DNA of 64,000 nucleotides from Tubiluchus corallicola (taxonomy: Eukaryota; Animalia; Priapulida), in assembly GCA_030141605.1 (NCBI GenBank), contig JAQGDQ010000038.1:434001-498000 (forward strand), written 5' to 3'. A program made the translations under genes and the position numbers. The notes beneath the pieces were generated by a model. The model was not told the DNA's origin, searched no databases, and was given only the letters and a program-made list of their open reading frames with translations. Shown piece by piece: positions 26,128 to 40,634 of the stretch; positions within the stretch are counted from its first letter, which is position 1, and each line of letters opens with the position of its first letter.

Positions 26128-28948
26128 ACCATGTTTTAGGTTGCCTTTTCTGTGCATTTTGTTACTCATCCAGTAATGAATTGTGCATCAACCTACATTT
26201 TTGTGACCTCAGATTTTATTATTAGTAGGCTCTAAAATAGTGCTTACAAAGGAGAAAATTGAGATTCAGCTTATATTTGGTTGATAAGTTACAGCTTTGC
26301 TATTAGAGTATTGAAGGTCAGGTTTAATTAACAGCTAGATAGTTAATAAGGATAAAGCTAAACAGAAAGTTCAGTTTTAGGGATTTTGTAGCTAGGTTTA
26401 ACTATGAAACGAGCAAAATATTACACACTGGTTTGTGTAAAGTATGACTGTTGGTGACAGCATAAAAATGACGTTGTCACACTACATAAAATGCAAAGTA
26501 TATTGTTATTTTTTGTTTAATTTATTGATTCAGTAATCATGTGGATTTCGTCTGCTTAAATAAAAGCGATAATATAAAGGTAAAGATCTCAGTTATATAA
26601 TGTGACTAATTAATGGGATAATCTCAGTTAATTAATCACATTTATTTCCTGTGATGGCTGCCTTGCTGTGTTTGTGAATGATATCCAGTGCTACAATCTT
26701 GTAAAACTAAATGTGTATAAAGAGATATGGTTCAGAGTCATGCCTATAATATACTTCAATTGTATTCGCAGAAATGTATTGTAACACGAAATCATCTCTC
26801 TATTAAATCAAACTGCATATTAGTGTAATTATTGACTTATCATTGTTATTTCTGACGATGAAACAAACAGTGTTGTTATTCATGCCTTATGAATGAAATT
26901 CTTTATCACTGTTAAGTGACTATTATAGTTGCAACTGTTACATATAGTTGATTGGCAGGGTCAGATTAACACACTGTGGGGCACTGCATTAGGTTTGTAC
27001 GAACCGTATAGAATATTTCGTGCATTTTGGCGATGTTTTACAAGCTTTAATGAAACATGAATTCAACGTCTAATATTGAAAATGGTTTCTAATTATAAAT
27101 AAACTGTAAAATTGTTTTTATGGTGCTGGTAATTACAATAGATGGGTCGTAAGTATTTTTGCCATTGTCTGAAACTATGAAGCTATTGGTTCTCTGTAAG
27201 CCAATAAGGCTTTACACAAAAGGTGCAGTACCTTAAGCCAATAATTCAACCCTGTTGATTGGTGTTTTGAAAATTTTTGTGCGAGTACTATATACTAAGC
27301 TGTAAAAACAGTTTGTGAAAAGTTTGAATGTGGTCTCCTTGGAGAACTAAATGCTTAATTTACAAGTTCTGTCGAATACTTTTAAAAAGTAATGGTGATC
27401 TGCCTGCATGTTGTTTCTTTTGATAATGCAGCTTTGTCTCTGTTACGTCAATTCGTATGAGGGACCAGGCGATGCAGATTGGCCTACAACTACGCACTTT
27501 TTTATTACAATTGCCTCTACAAAGAGAGCAACTACAGAATAATTGATTCGATTCATTTGTCCGTCTGTCTATTAGTGGCATTTTCCTGCTGTAGAATAAT
27601 TTAGGAAGTAAATACTTGGCACGTTGATAGGGTATGGGTCAAGGTGAGAGCATATTGATTATTAGGTCAGTCGGTGTAGTGTTTACAGTCTACATTTTAC
27701 TACTTTTTTACATTTTAATTTTATCAGGTGCAGTACTCTTAGACTTATGACTCATTAGTAGGGACCAGTAACTATCAGGTACTGCATATTGTATAAAATC
27801 TGTGTAAACCACTTTGTGTAAATCAAAACTGAACTGGCATTTCGCACACCATGCCTATTTGATGGCAGTATGCCGTTCTGGTTTGAAAACTGACTTTGGA
27901 GTGCAACAGTATCACAAAAGTAGTAGAAAGAATATCGTACATTCTGTTTCATGAGTATAGGTGGCACAATCACTGATGCTTTGAAGTGTTGTGATGGTTA
28001 TGAAGCTTGTAAAATTTGTGCTTAACTGCAGTTGAGGGCTGGCAGAAATTAATCAGTTTTCCAGATTGTACAAGAAGCGTGTAATGACAGCTAAGACACC
28101 ATACGCAATATGCGAAATTTCGTAATGCCCTTTATATGCATAAATATCATGTAAGGTAATTAGTTTGACAAATTTTTCAAAGGTTTTATTTACAAAATTT
28201 TATGCAGATATATTAATCAGAATTTGTATAATGCATATTAATGTCAGTGTATATTAACTGTTTTGTACTTGTTGAAGGATAATAAAATAATTAATATTTT
28301 TTCTTAATTTCACCAACAAACATGTTATGCTTAAATTTTTTTATACACTACACCTTCATCTAACATTTTAGTTTCCATGCAGTAAATAAACAAAATTTAT
28401 GTAAAATACATCAAAAGTTCCAACTGCTGCATATCATCATTAGTTAATCGCAGAGAAAAGAAGTGGTTAACTGATTGTTACAAAATGTGAATCTTTTTAT
28501 GTTATGCATTAATTATACTGTAAAATTATAACAAAGGGTTTCCTTATGCAAAGCCATCTTTAATATTTAGTATAGTCAGTACACTAAACTGACTATTTTA
28601 TGACTACATGAACTACAATGACTGACTATATATGCACAAATGCATCATTTAACTGAATATCACGCATTTATATTATCACAGCTTTATGTAAATGTATATA
28701 AATAGTTTATAAAGGCTAAACAAAGAAGAGCCAGAATTTATAAGATTCTGAAATCTAAATTAATAACTGGTTTTATTTATGTACACTACAGTATACAGTT
28801 CACATTTTACAAAGAGTGACTAACATGGGAAATGGTCAGCTTTCATAATTGCCAAGACGCTGACTACGCCTAAGCATTTATGAATAATCTCCAAACGTTT
28901 TTTCTTTTGAAGCACTCCAAGCTTTCAAGATGAATATGTTATCAAATA

Positions 28949-31900
28949 TCAGCTTTCTGGCAAATAAAGTTTCACTAAATTTTGTAAGTTGCTTGGGAGG
29001 CCTGTAACTGGGCAACGTTCATGCTTTTTCACGTAATTGTGAACACAAGGATAGCAGAAAACAAACCTGTAAAAAAATAAAATTATGTAATAACGAATGC
29101 AATACCAGAACAATTTATCACTACTGCTTGATAAAATACTACACTTACCCTGAGGATGAAAGAGCTGTATCGTTGGTTCTTTTATTTCCGCAAATTGGGC
29201 AAACTGAAGGAGGAAAATTTGTCTTGTACACATTCTGAAAAGCAACACGAAAATTTCAAAAATAACTTTGTTAATTTCAGTTACGATTTCAACAAGCTTC
29301 AGTAAAGCACAGTGACATCGTTAGAGTTTTCTTGTTATAAAACATACAAAACTGTAACAGGCAAATAGTAAACCAATGAATTATTGCAAAATTGAAAGTA
29401 ATAACAAAATAAGAATCATATTATTTTGCTAAGTAGTTGATAAAAATATTAACATGAACACTTTGAACTTTAACTTGTTCCAACTTAGTAGTACTGGTAG
29501 ACTTCAGCCTGATCCACGAAAACATTGCTTGGTGCTTATTACAAACAGTGCCTAACAACAAAAAGTATATACAAACACAACCTGAAGGTCCTAAATTTAC
29601 CTTTGGTGGAGGTGGTGTGGGAAAAGCAGTAAATGTTGTTTTGGTGTCACTCGTGTACCACCATTCCAAAAATTGCAGAAAAAATACCGAAACTGTAAGA
29701 CCTGTAGAGATGCCAGCTGCCGCAGAGCTCAAAGCTAACTGAAGTAACCCCTGCCAATACTGTCGCCAACTAAAAATATGTGAAATCACAAAGCATTCAC
29801 AAGAGCATTAAAATTTGTTATTTGGGTAAAATAAAGGGTAATAGCAAATATATTTTGCAGTTATGTCTAATTCCAGTGTTCATACTGGATGAGTAGTACT
29901 CTACAGTACAGACAGGAAAATATTACTAAAAGTGAAAGTTGCTATTAAATTAAGATATTTTTGTAAGTAGTACTAGTCTTGACTTTTAAAAAAAACTGAA
30001 CCAATTTGTTTACATGACTGTATTAGTAACATGATTAATAACAGAAATGTCAACAACAACGTTTTGTTTAATAAAATTCGTTAAGGTTTCACAAAGAATA
30101 TGCAGTATGTACTTCTTATTTGGTAGCCTTGTTTTCTCGCCTTTAGACTGCTGCAAAATATCTTGCATCGTCAGTGTGCGCAGTTCCACCCCAGCTAGTT
30201 GCAAAAATGGAGAATGAACACGTGACTTGTGAATAGCATAGGCTAAATTGTAGCATAGCATTGTTCCTTCATAGCTCATATGGATGTATGGATAAACACT
30301 AAGAAATATGCACATGAACTTTGCAAAATAAGACACCTAGCAAAATAAAAGATTAGTATAAATATGGAGTAAGGTGTGACACGCTGTAGTATCTATCAGT
30401 GGCGGTTCGCGTATAGACACTGTGGAATTGCAGCACCTGATATTTTCACTCGATATTATTGATAATATTCAACATAATGGATCCTCTTTCTTTATACTTG
30501 TACTGAACCAAAGTCACAGGTCCAGCACTTTGCGATTCACAGGTTCAGCAACGTGGTGCTTGGTTGTTGCTGCGCACATGTCTGAGATAAGACGCTGACT
30601 AAGAGCACTGTCTCTCACAGTGTGAGTTGTAAGTTGTCACGCACTTAAAAACCGTATACTGGCATATTCTTGAACTGTGTCAATTTAGGCTATACGTAAG
30701 CAAAATATTTTTGTTTAGGATTTTATCAAGTTTATGTATAAATTTTCATACTTTTGTTTGTTAAAAATTACAGTTATAAATTACAACATTAAAATTACAT
30801 ACGTTTGTTTTGTTTTACACAGTATTAAAACTATGGCGAAAAATTTTCTGAAGCAGCACTCCCACTAATTTTAGCAACGAGACACCACTGATATCTGGGC
30901 TTGCTATTTTGCATTCTGCTGATTATTATTTTGAAAAACACATGTTAGTACATTGCATCTGGTTTGCAATGCAACTAACTAAATGAATACTAGATCTGCC
31001 TATCACGAAGTTTTGTTTAGAGCAAATTCATTGTGCCTCAAAATTCTCACAACAACACAAACAAACTTAACGAAATGTTGGTATACGTAAATCAGTTGCT
31101 AAATTTATTATTAATGTTGATACCTTTTCCCTAGATAAACCATCAGCATTCTTTTCACGCCATTTCTCGAACAGTTCATCTATCTTAGCCTTGAAATAAG
31201 GAACAAGCACCTAGACAAATAAGTTAATCATGACGTGAAAAATATATTGCTTGACTTTGAAAAAGAAACTTAAAATTTATAACTAGTTGCAACCCAAATT
31301 ATGTATTACTAAGGTTGCCAGCGCTCCGGATTAAGTTCGGAGTCTCCTGAAGTTCAGCCATAGATTTGTAGTTTGGCTGGATTTTCGACAAATTCTTAAA
31401 CCTTTTGATTTTGACCATCGCAACGAAATTTACGTAAAAGTTCAGAAACTTTGCATAAGGTTAAGCTAAAAAGAGTTAAATCGTTCTAAGATAACATTAA
31501 ATTGACTTTGATCTGTTGTAAAGCTTCATCTTTTCACCCCAGTCTACATTTGTTGCTAATTTTTGCTGCAGAATAAGTGCAATGCAAGTAATCTTTAGCT
31601 CTTTGCTTGCTTTGCTTGAACCTTTTGAACACACAAGATTTGCAAGTTTTAAGAACAGAAATGGCATGGAAGAGGAGATTTAGTTTCAATTCACATAACA
31701 TAAATGTCTTAATAACTTGATTTTCGTAAAAATTGTTTTTGTAAACCCGAAAATGTGAGAAATGTTTTGGTGACTGGGAAGGAACTCAAAAATGGATGCA
31801 TGGCTTGTGCTTTGTAAGTTTCAGGCTTTTAGGGCTTTTTCAGAGTCTATAAATCAAGAAATTTGTACTACTTTGCGGTTTAAATTTCTTGATTTTGTTT

Positions 31901-34900
31901 CTAAACAAAACTTCACAAAATGGCTTCTGGGTCTCTGCTCCAGTCCCTACCTGGTTCTTCACTCCTGACTTCGGTTCGTGGACGAGGTGGCAAGCCTACA
32001 TGATACTGTATCAGTCAAATCATCAGTTTAGCATTTATTACTTATTAATAATAATGTGAACTACACAGTTCAACATTGTCAGCGTAACATTTTTAAGGTT
32101 TAACATAAAGATGGTATGTCTTCCAATTCGGTAACCGCACACATCAACATTTAACGGGTGAGTTGCCACGATGGCATAAAATTTAGTTGGGCGAATCTCA
32201 TTACAATGATCTAAAGCTTTCTTTATAATATATACAGCAATTAAAATAAACATGGCAACAAATTCCTTTAAGGCTATATAAAGAATTAAACATAAACATA
32301 GAGTTTTATATACTTACTAAAAACAAAAGTGATTTTTTGATAACTTTTTTATCTAGCTGCAATGCTGGTTTGTCATTTAAAACTGCAGATACTCTTTTCA
32401 TGCTATAGAAATTCTCAGCAAATGAAGAACCTGTAATATAGGCCAAATATAATTTCATAAACAATGAATGCTACTCTTAGAGTCTGGACTATTAAAGTTG
32501 GACAACAAACACACGCAATTTAGATGTCCTTAAAACGAATGAAATTGTTATTAACATCTGACATATGATTGGAAAATTGTTGTAATTTAATGAATAATGT
32601 ACAGACATTCCGCATAACTGTGTGTTTACTCTATTTAGTATAGTAGGCAATTAAACAGACAGCAATAGGCAGCAATGTACCAAGAACAATCAATAAGGTA
32701 ACAATACTGCCTGTTCACCCAATTACTTACGATATGTTTTTGGGAGATGCGCTAAAGAATCGTCTACAATACGAATATGTAAAGAAATAATCCTTCATTA
32801 TACGCTGGACTGAATGAACACTCATACTGTTATACTTCACATCAGAGAATGCTCGCATCTTGACATTACTTAATAAAATTAACAAATATTATCGTAATTT
32901 ATTTTAATGTATGTGAAATTAAGTGTAAATAAACTAGCGACGGAGCACTTGATCAGAACATGGGAATCGCCAATGTTGTGCAGGTGCTGCCGCCAGGCGG
33001 CTTCATTGGGAAGTTTTACACTGGCCTTGTATATGCGTGTTTTATTGGCAAAATATCGATTACCAGCATACACGCGTATATAAAACACAACTAAGCAGAG
33101 GTATTAATTTTACTAAATTATTTTTTTTCTTCAAATGGGAAGGTCAGCGACTGAAATGTTACGACGGATCCTGGCCGTGATATCCTAGGGTTAAAGGCAT
33201 TACAAACAATTATGACCGATGAAAAGCCAGGCTGCATTATCATGGATTGCACTTAGGGCCCTCATCATGAAAATATATACATATGTATATACATCGGGTA
33301 GGTATAATATACTCGGCCCAGGCACTTGTACTTATCTTACACGCTAACACAGTAGGCTATTGATTTATTGCTCCGCCATTGTTGACACCATTTACTTTGG
33401 AAGATCTTAATATTTTCGGGTCGACTTGTACGCAGGTAATATATAAAATGATGCAATTTATGGTCTTAAAATGCACGTCGACTTGTACGTAAGGTCGACT
33501 TGTACACACGTATATAGGGTAATAGAAAAATTTCCTCTCTAACCCTTTTGTTGCAGTTGGGTAGAGCAGTGCAGTGCACATGGGCAGATATGGTCAGTTT
33601 GAGAGGGCCAGAATACATCTACTTGGAATGGTCTATTTACAAATTTATTGACTTGGAATTAGCCTGGTCTTATAGCCTGGCCTCTCTTAAAAACATTGTT
33701 GCAGAACAATATTTCTACACGTAAAGTATCCCATAAAAACCATTTTAAGCAGTCTAGAGTAAATATACTCCCTCTTAAACCATACTAATACCGGTAATGA
33801 AGACTTTACAATCACACTGTCAGTAATCTGCTTTTTTTACAGCTAGTATGACATTAATACATATGGGAACTTCAACCAACGAGCAGTCAGTGTGCCAGAA
33901 TGTGGCATTGTATCAGAATAACGATCATATAACAACAGCAACAATAACAATTTACTATAATAATGACAACATTAATGACTATCATAGCAATTATAATTAA
34001 AACCTAGAACATTCAGTCTGTGGAAGAGCTAAAAATACGTGCTCCACTGCTCATACATCACATACAGTCGAATTCCAGTAATACGATTCAGCTTATAACG
34101 AAACTCTCAGTCGTACCATGATTTTATTATATCCCTGCCAACATTATAATAAGTTCTATGTAATCACATGTGGTTACTACGAAACCTTATTTTGTACATT
34201 GTTTACATTGTCGAGCTAAAGTCCCGACAATATGAGTTTAATATAAGAAACACTTGTAATACGATTTGTGAAATGGCATGCCACATTTAGACATTTTTCA
34301 GGTGTTGCCACGGTGACCATAGCTTAGTTGATTGCTTTTGCAACTCACTATGCCTCATAACGTAATGTGTGTACTGTACATACATTATTATAGCTAGGCG
34401 TACTGTTGAGTTAATTAATCAGTCAGGTACATAGATTTAAATGCCACGCGTGCGCAATCAAATTGTTGGTTTCCGAAAAGTGTTAAGCTTCCCATTCTGA
34501 CAAAAATTTGCCATTGCAAGTTAAATCACCTATATTTCTCATTGCTTATTTTCCTATCCATAACAGCTAGGTTTTGTTTATAGGTATCCATGTATATGCA
34601 AAACAGCAAAAAGCAACATACAGCAGACTCTGTGGCAACACTTACCCTTTTGCTTGTAGGCTTGCTTCTAAACTGACTAGCAGGCTGGTAGTATGTTGAT
34701 ATAATTTTGTAGTTTGTGCTTGTGGGAAACAGGGGTAAACAAGCTTAAGACTACAAGGTACACGCATCTGTTAACTCCTATTTTACACTAGAAATAACAT
34801 TATGAGATAACAAAAATGCATGTAATAGTATGAAACACGCTTAATACAAAAAATATGTTGGTCCCTTGAAAATCGTTTTACTGGGATTTGACTGTACCAT

Positions 34901-37605
34901 AGTTTTGCCTTATAACAGATTATAAGACAACAGTTTATATTTGTCTGTATCATAGTGCAACTTACAATAGCGGCGCAGATAATAGTCCTGAACTAACAAA
35001 TCAAGAACTAGATATGCCTCATCGCTGCAAAGGTACAACCATGCCAGTCTTTCTGGAAATTTTCCTCCTAAAACCTGTTTAAGGTAACATTTTCATGCAT
35101 TAGCCTTTGTCCAAAAATGTTAGTGATATATTATGTTTATTCAAAATCCAAATGCTGGTACTATATACGAAAGGCCTTAAACATTGAAATAAGTTTTTCC
35201 GTAAAAAACATTACTGTCATGAAAAAGGCTTTTCTGATTCACAAATCGGGGTAATATACTTGAGTAAAACCATCAGCATTGTAAAAATCAGGGATGAGAA
35301 TGACAAACTGCAAAAAACTCTGAAACAGGCCGGGGGTTTGGGGGCCGCGTAGGCCAAAGAGAGCCTCTAAGTGGACTTAAAATTTCAGTTACCTTGTTTC
35401 ATGCATAATTTAAAATACCCAACTATCAAGGATACATGATACCTAATTGTCTCAAAAACGCCTAAGTACTGGCCGCTCCTATGCAAAAGTATATAAAAAC
35501 TGTCTGCATTTGACTCAAATAACTCTGTACAATTGATTCTATATTTTTATACATAGAGATACACACGTGGTTACACTGATGTACGTGACGTAAACAAAGC
35601 GACGGCCTGCCAACTAGCGGTCAGCTTGTGAAATAATGTACTGGGTCTGTAAAAATTTGCTCAACGAATTTACGCGATTTACAAAAATGGCACTACTGGT
35701 CTTCCAGAAACTCGGAATTCCGCGTATCCGCGGAAAATTCTCATCCCTGAAAAATGTGCATGAAGCATCATTTAGTGCCAATTATTGCCATAGTTGTGCT
35801 GCTTATGTATAATACATAATGTACACTGCTGACAAGTTAACACAAGGACAACAGTCAAACTGGATCTGTTTAGGTGCCCTGCTGAGGATACTGTAATTTA
35901 TAGAAAAATGCTGACAGTTTTTGATGCTGCTAGTTTGCACATAAATTTAAAAACATCGGCAATTGATTGAAACTACAAAATTGGATATTAACCTCGATAG
36001 GTAGGCTTACTCAAAACTCGCGTTAATGGTTTAGACCATAAATATTGGTAGTGAAGATGCAAAATCTTGAGGTTGCTCACAACAACTTAGGTATTGCACT
36101 TTTCATGTGATTTGAAATGAAAATATCATATACAGGTAGCCCACGGTGGCACAAGGTGTACTTCATGTTTGCTCAAGTATTTCAGATATATACAGCAGTC
36201 AGCCAACTATTGAAGTACGACTTTCTGATAATAGTTCTGGTATCATTAACATTTTGCCCTTGAAAATGTGTAAGTTATACTGTAATTTATATGTTAAATA
36301 AATTAGTTTTTCTAAACAATAATTTAATAATTATAGATACAAATCTCATATTATGTCGTAAAATCTCATAAAAATCCTCGTACTGTTAACAATACAACCC
36401 TAAAAATTGTTATGGTATTAATACCAAAAAGCATTGAACGAAATTACAGATCCACATAATGCCAACCGAAATCTAAATATTTACATTTGCATTTGCACTT
36501 CTTTTCCGTTAAAGTTAATCAACTTTCGCAAACGAATTTGCTTCAATGAATATTTTTCCTTTAATCAAAACCATGCTATGTATCTCCATAAAGATTGACA
36601 AGTTAAGAATACACCGCTATGCGCCAAATTGGAAAACACTTAAAGAGATTGCACATCTTGCAGTGTAGCATGCTGTTAGAGTTGGGAAATTTCCGAAGTT
36701 TACCACATTATCACACTTTCTAGTTTCAACTTTTGTCATGATTTTTTACAAGTAAAAAAGAAAATGCAATGGCTGAAGGAGGTTACAATACAGAAACAAA
36801 TTCTTCCTATTCTGGCATTTACAGTAACTATTTCTTGTTATTATTAAAGGATTACTATACAATATTACAAGGACTGCAAAAAAATAATTCCTGGTAAATT
36901 CCTACTGGACAGTCTGTAATTAATCATTCAATAAAGTTTGCCTTTGTCTTAACATGTGTTTTTTATCACTCACGTCAAGTTGATTTGCGAAAAAAATATT
37001 TTGATTTTTATCGAATTTTAATATATTAATGGAATCGTATTGTATCGCCCAATTAGTATTGATTATTTATACTAAATAAATATACAGATTCTAGGTCCAT
37101 ATAACTTAGAAGATGAAACGATAAAATCATCGGGTACATTCATTCAGGCTCTTCATTGTACAACTAAAAAGAAAGTACTGTTTTTCATATTGTTTTTTAA
37201 ATTTTTAGACATACTTGTGGAAAATACATTTGAAATATTGAATGTCGAAAGTTGAAAGACTAATGTGCACACAATGTACTCAACTTTAGTATATTATTAT
37301 TAAAAGGCAAACAAACTGTTGCAAAAAGGAATAATTTACATATTCAATTTTAATTTATCTCTTTATAATGCTACAATAAAACATGATTAATAAAAGAATC
37401 GCTAATAAGTTTTGAAGAATGGTTGAAATGTATAGATAGATCTAGAACTAGCGAAACGATAGCGAAAAGACATAGGTTTTACCCTGCATGCATGTTTAAA
37501 CGCTGGTCTTATTATGGACATTAAATTTTCTTGAGCAAAAACTACCAGTATCGATGGCTGATCGCCGGAAGCAATTGAAGATATGTGTGCCCCGTACTCT
37601 GCCAT
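28949..37605 (-). CDS. PEX12: Peroxisome assembly protein 12 (RING peroxin), about 342 aa
   Basis: Exons 37605-37483, 35074-34966, 32430-32318, 31210-31124, 30336-30113, 29769-29601, 29234-29149, 29066-28949. Motifs: MAEYGAH, SFAENFYSMKR, VFFLQFLEWWY, PTPPPP, and the degenerate RING CPIC..RTNDTALSSSGFVFCYPC..YV...RCPVTG. Confidence 0.96.
30397..30890. mobile_element. hAT-like MITE in a PEX12 intron
   Basis: Termini CAGTGGCG...CACCACTG; degenerate 8-bp flanks GTATCTAT / ATATCTGG. Confidence 0.55.
31310..31998. mobile_element. Possible hAT-like MITE in a PEX12 intron
   Basis: Imperfect inverted termini TAAGGTTGCCA...TGGCAAGCCTA; no convincing TSD. Confidence 0.4.
34065..34894. mobile_element. 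pogo/Tigger-like (Tc1/mariner superfamily) MITE
   Basis: TA on both sides. TIR CAGTCGAATTCCAGTAATACGATT versus the reverse complement of the right end, CAGTCAAATCCCAGTAAAACGATT (21/24). Confidence 0.8.
35289..35749. mobile_element. MITE with a perfect 13-bp TIR (hAT-like termini)
   Basis: CAGGGATGAGAAT...ATTCTCATCCCTG, with AAAAAT directly on both sides. Confidence 0.8.
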
Positions 37606-37813
37606 TTTTCACATTGTTGTGGTAATGACTCTAATGAGAACAACGAGCAAAGCTGCCTAAGTACAAAATGAACAAAAATAAACACACAAGAACGCTGACA
37701 TTATGTAGTGTGACACGTGACCCTGGCGACCAAAGCGACGCCTAGGTTAAGACTTTTGCTAAGTTTTGCCGTTTGGGTGGTTTTTGAGGCGTCTATTGAA
37801 GTAACGTGTAAGT
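37606..37813. promoter_or_regulatory. Putative bidirectional promoter (PEX12 / TTF1-beta-adaptin) with a probable non-coding + strand first exon ending at 37807
   Basis: Locally CpG-richer segment just upstream of the PEX12 ATG. E-box CACGTGAC at 37714-37721. Consensus donor GTAAGT at 37808-37813 on the + strand. Confidence 0.55.
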
Positions 37814-39425
37814 AATAATCACTTTCTATCAAGAACACGTAATTATTTACAAGCCTTCGTGAATGTATTTTTAATAAATAGCATCTCTGTAATGCTTGTT
37901 CAAGGTTAATTTTGTTATATACCTTGTATCTGATTGGGTAAATACAAATCGATTTTACCGTACCAATTACGTCGTGTACAGATATTGAGATAAATAGGAG
38001 TATAGAGATTAAAATGGTTGCAGCTTGTTTTAGAAAATTGGTTAAACATAAGTACGACTAGATTGCTGATTATCTCGTGGACTTGAATGTTACTCTTATC
38101 ACAGTATGTATTATTGTCTGTTTTATTGGTTGTAATACTGAAGCGGTACTGTTGTATTCGTACCGGTTAGTCGAATCATATTCATAATTAAGTTCACTTG
38201 TGTTTTTTGTATCGCAGTTATGGAGCTACATGATTAATAATTATCGTCCCTGCTATGTAGGCCGGACATACTACAGAATATAGATCATATTCTCGAAATA
38301 ACTCATTTCGTATCTACCATCGAAAGAAATTTCCACGTGTAAAATTATCAAAAAATTGTTTGTGCATCGCAGCCATCACCAAATGCCAGTAGGTTATTGT
38401 ACACTTGCGAGTTTTTGTTACATTTTTACCATTGTCGTGTTCTGAGCTGCATCTTGTAACAATTCATTAAAATTGCTCTGCAACATGTAAATGATGTTGC
38501 AAAAAAGTTACTCATGAAACGCAAAACTTAAGTTGTACATGTATTTTTTTGCCTGAGGTACGATAATAAGACATCCTTTTATGTTTTTTGTCATTTTCTA
38601 TGGAAAGATATTCTGTGATCTTGCTTCTTGTCAGTATGCATTAGCGTCATTAAGCAAGGACACATATCGAAAAACATTGATAGGATTGTTACATAGTTGC
38701 CCCAACGGTGGATTATGGCCACAGCTAATAAATTATAGATTACAGCCACTTTAGTTGAAGTGATGAAAATATCATACGCATGATAGCATGCATTAGCCCC
38801 TCAGAGACTGCATTAGCTGTTTTGTCATGAACACCTGCAGCCTTTTTATTAACATTTTTCTCAAAAGAAATTTTAGGTCCAGTAAATTAATTATTACAAT
38901 CTTAATGTTATTATTAATTATGTTACTTACTCCCAATTATTTACATTTTCGATACTAAAACTTGAAAGATAGAAAATGTGAAAAGGTTTGAATCCAGGCT
39001 GCATTCCAACTTTTTCTCATTTCCTTCTTTTAGGCTTGGTATAAAAATTTAATTAATTGTCTCTGTCTGTAACATCCTTATAAACTCCTTGCAACAGAAT
39101 TTGTTAGGGAAATAACTAAGAAGTTAAAAATTTGACAAAGGTTAGAATTGGAAGAACTTTATAAATTTGTGTTGTATGTGATATGCATTGCTGATGCGAT
39201 CTATATATTTTAGTTAAGAATGCTCTGAAACAGAGCTCATGATAATAAGAAGTTTTACAATTCTTTCTCACATTTGTAATGTTTGTTATTTTTATATTCC
39301 AAAAAGGCAGTACAGGCTAAAGTAAAACAAACTGAATTGAACTGTAACACACCTTTTTACAGCAATGGATGCTTTAGTGTAAAGACAAACAGAATTTATT
39401 CTGTGCATGCACAACAGTATAGAAA

Positions 39426-40634
39426 ATGGATGTGACACATTCTCTACATAGCAGTGACGCCAGTTTCGCTGAGTTTTCGTCAAATAAATGCACACTTCTT
39501 CGAGAGTTTGTTGCTGACTATCAGCTTATCCATAAGAATCACTCACTTAGAGCTGAAGCCCTTGTCAATTCATTACCAAAGGATTTACGTCGAGATTTGC
39601 CTCAAATTGTCACTGCTTGGCCTGTCTTTTCAGCTTTCAGTTCCAAGATGAGAAAACAAATTAGAGAGAAACAAATAGTGTACAGAAAAGGAAAATGGCG
39701 AAAAAGCGAGGAGGAGATATTGGAGAAAAATTTCAGTGAGTACTGGAATGATTACAAACAATATTTAAACTCGCCTGAGCAATTGTTCTGGAAGGAGTTC
39801 CAATCTGATGTCTCCATTTCTGATTTGAACAAATTTCGAGCAAAGACTTACTTTTACTTTAGACTTGCTCGAAACTTGAACAGGCCGCTGGTGTCAGTTG
39901 CATTCCGAGCAAAACAGAAGTTTCACACTTTCGAGACAGGTAAATTGACTCCTGATGAGCAAAAGGAAATAGAACGTTTAAAGATGCTCCATGGGCCAAG
40001 GTGGTCTTTTATTGGCGCAGCATTAAATAGACGTGCTTCAGTGGTTTCCCAACCTACAAGAGTTCAGACTGGTCGTACACGTACTGGCAAATGGACTCAT
40101 GAGGAAGATCAGCAATTAATTCGTGCTATAAAACGTGTTACACATATTGAGGAAATTACTGTGTGTCATATAAAGCTCCTTCCTTGGGAGGAAATTTCTT
40201 GTCATGTTCCAACGCGAAATGCTCGGCAGTGCAGTAAACACTGGGAGACGAATCTCGCTCTAAAATTGCAAACAGAGGCAGCAGGAAAGCCAGAGGTACC
40301 AGAGAAATGGCAACCAAGTGTACATGGTATAGAAAGGTTAGAGCTGAAATTGAAGTTTCTTGAGTATTTAGTACTGTTAGATATTGATGATGAGAATGAT
40401 ATAGACTGGCATGGAATTGCAGATAGCTTAGGCAGTAGTTTAAGTTTTTGCTATTTGCGAATTTATTATCATCGAAAAAAGCGAAACATTTTGAATGCAC
40501 ACAACAAAAGTGTGTCTGAAATTTTGGACTATTTATCAGAAGTAGAAATACCTAGATTAAAGAAGCGAATTGAACGACGGAAGTTGAGACAATCCTTTGC
40601 AGCAGGTGACTCCAGCAATGAACCAACTGAATAA
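39426..40634 (+). CDS. TTF1: Transcription termination factor 1-like (TTF1/Reb1/DMTF1 Myb family), intronless CDS, 402 aa
   Basis: Motifs colinear with the TTF1 DNA-binding half: KGKW..SE...LEKN; RLARNLNRP..SV.FRAK..F; HG.RW..IGAALNR; GKWT.EE..QLI.AI; W.EI..HV.TRN..QC..HW; DENDIDW..IA; EILDYL.E..IP.LK. AATAAA at 41002-41007. Confidence 0.85.
   Translation: MDVTHSLHSSDASFAEFSSNKCTLLREFVADYQLIHKNHSLRAEALVNSLPKDLRRDLPQIVTAWPVFSAFSSKMRKQIREKQIVYRKGKWRKSEEEILEKNFSEYWNDYKQYLNSPEQLFWKEFQSDVSISDLNKFRAKTYFYFRLARNLNRPLVSVAFRAKQKFHTFETGKLTPDEQKEIERLKMLHGPRWSFIGAALNRRASVVSQPTRVQTGRTRTGKWTHEEDQQLIRAIKRVTHIEEITVCHIKLLPWEEISCHVPTRNARQCSKHWETNLALKLQTEAAGKPEVPEKWQPSVHGIERLELKLKFLEYLVLLDIDDENDIDWHGIADSLGSSLSFCYLRIYYHRKKRNILNAHNKSVSEILDYLSEVEIPRLKKRIERRKLRQSFAAGDSSNEPTE

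Noticed and set aside
28949-29248. ORF-track 99-aa protein read as a single exon
   Set aside because: It reads through an 82-nt intron; the true PEX12 RING needs the 29149/29066 splice and a different frame for the upstream exon.
33400-33525. Repeated GTCGACTTGTAC motifs resembling a Tc1/mariner MITE end
   Set aside because: The partner terminus and TSD could not be located; boundaries undefined.
40156-40500. 114-aa antisense ORF, and similar antisense ORFs over beta-adaptin and NDH2 exons
   Set aside because: Shadow ORFs on the opposite strand of real coding exons.
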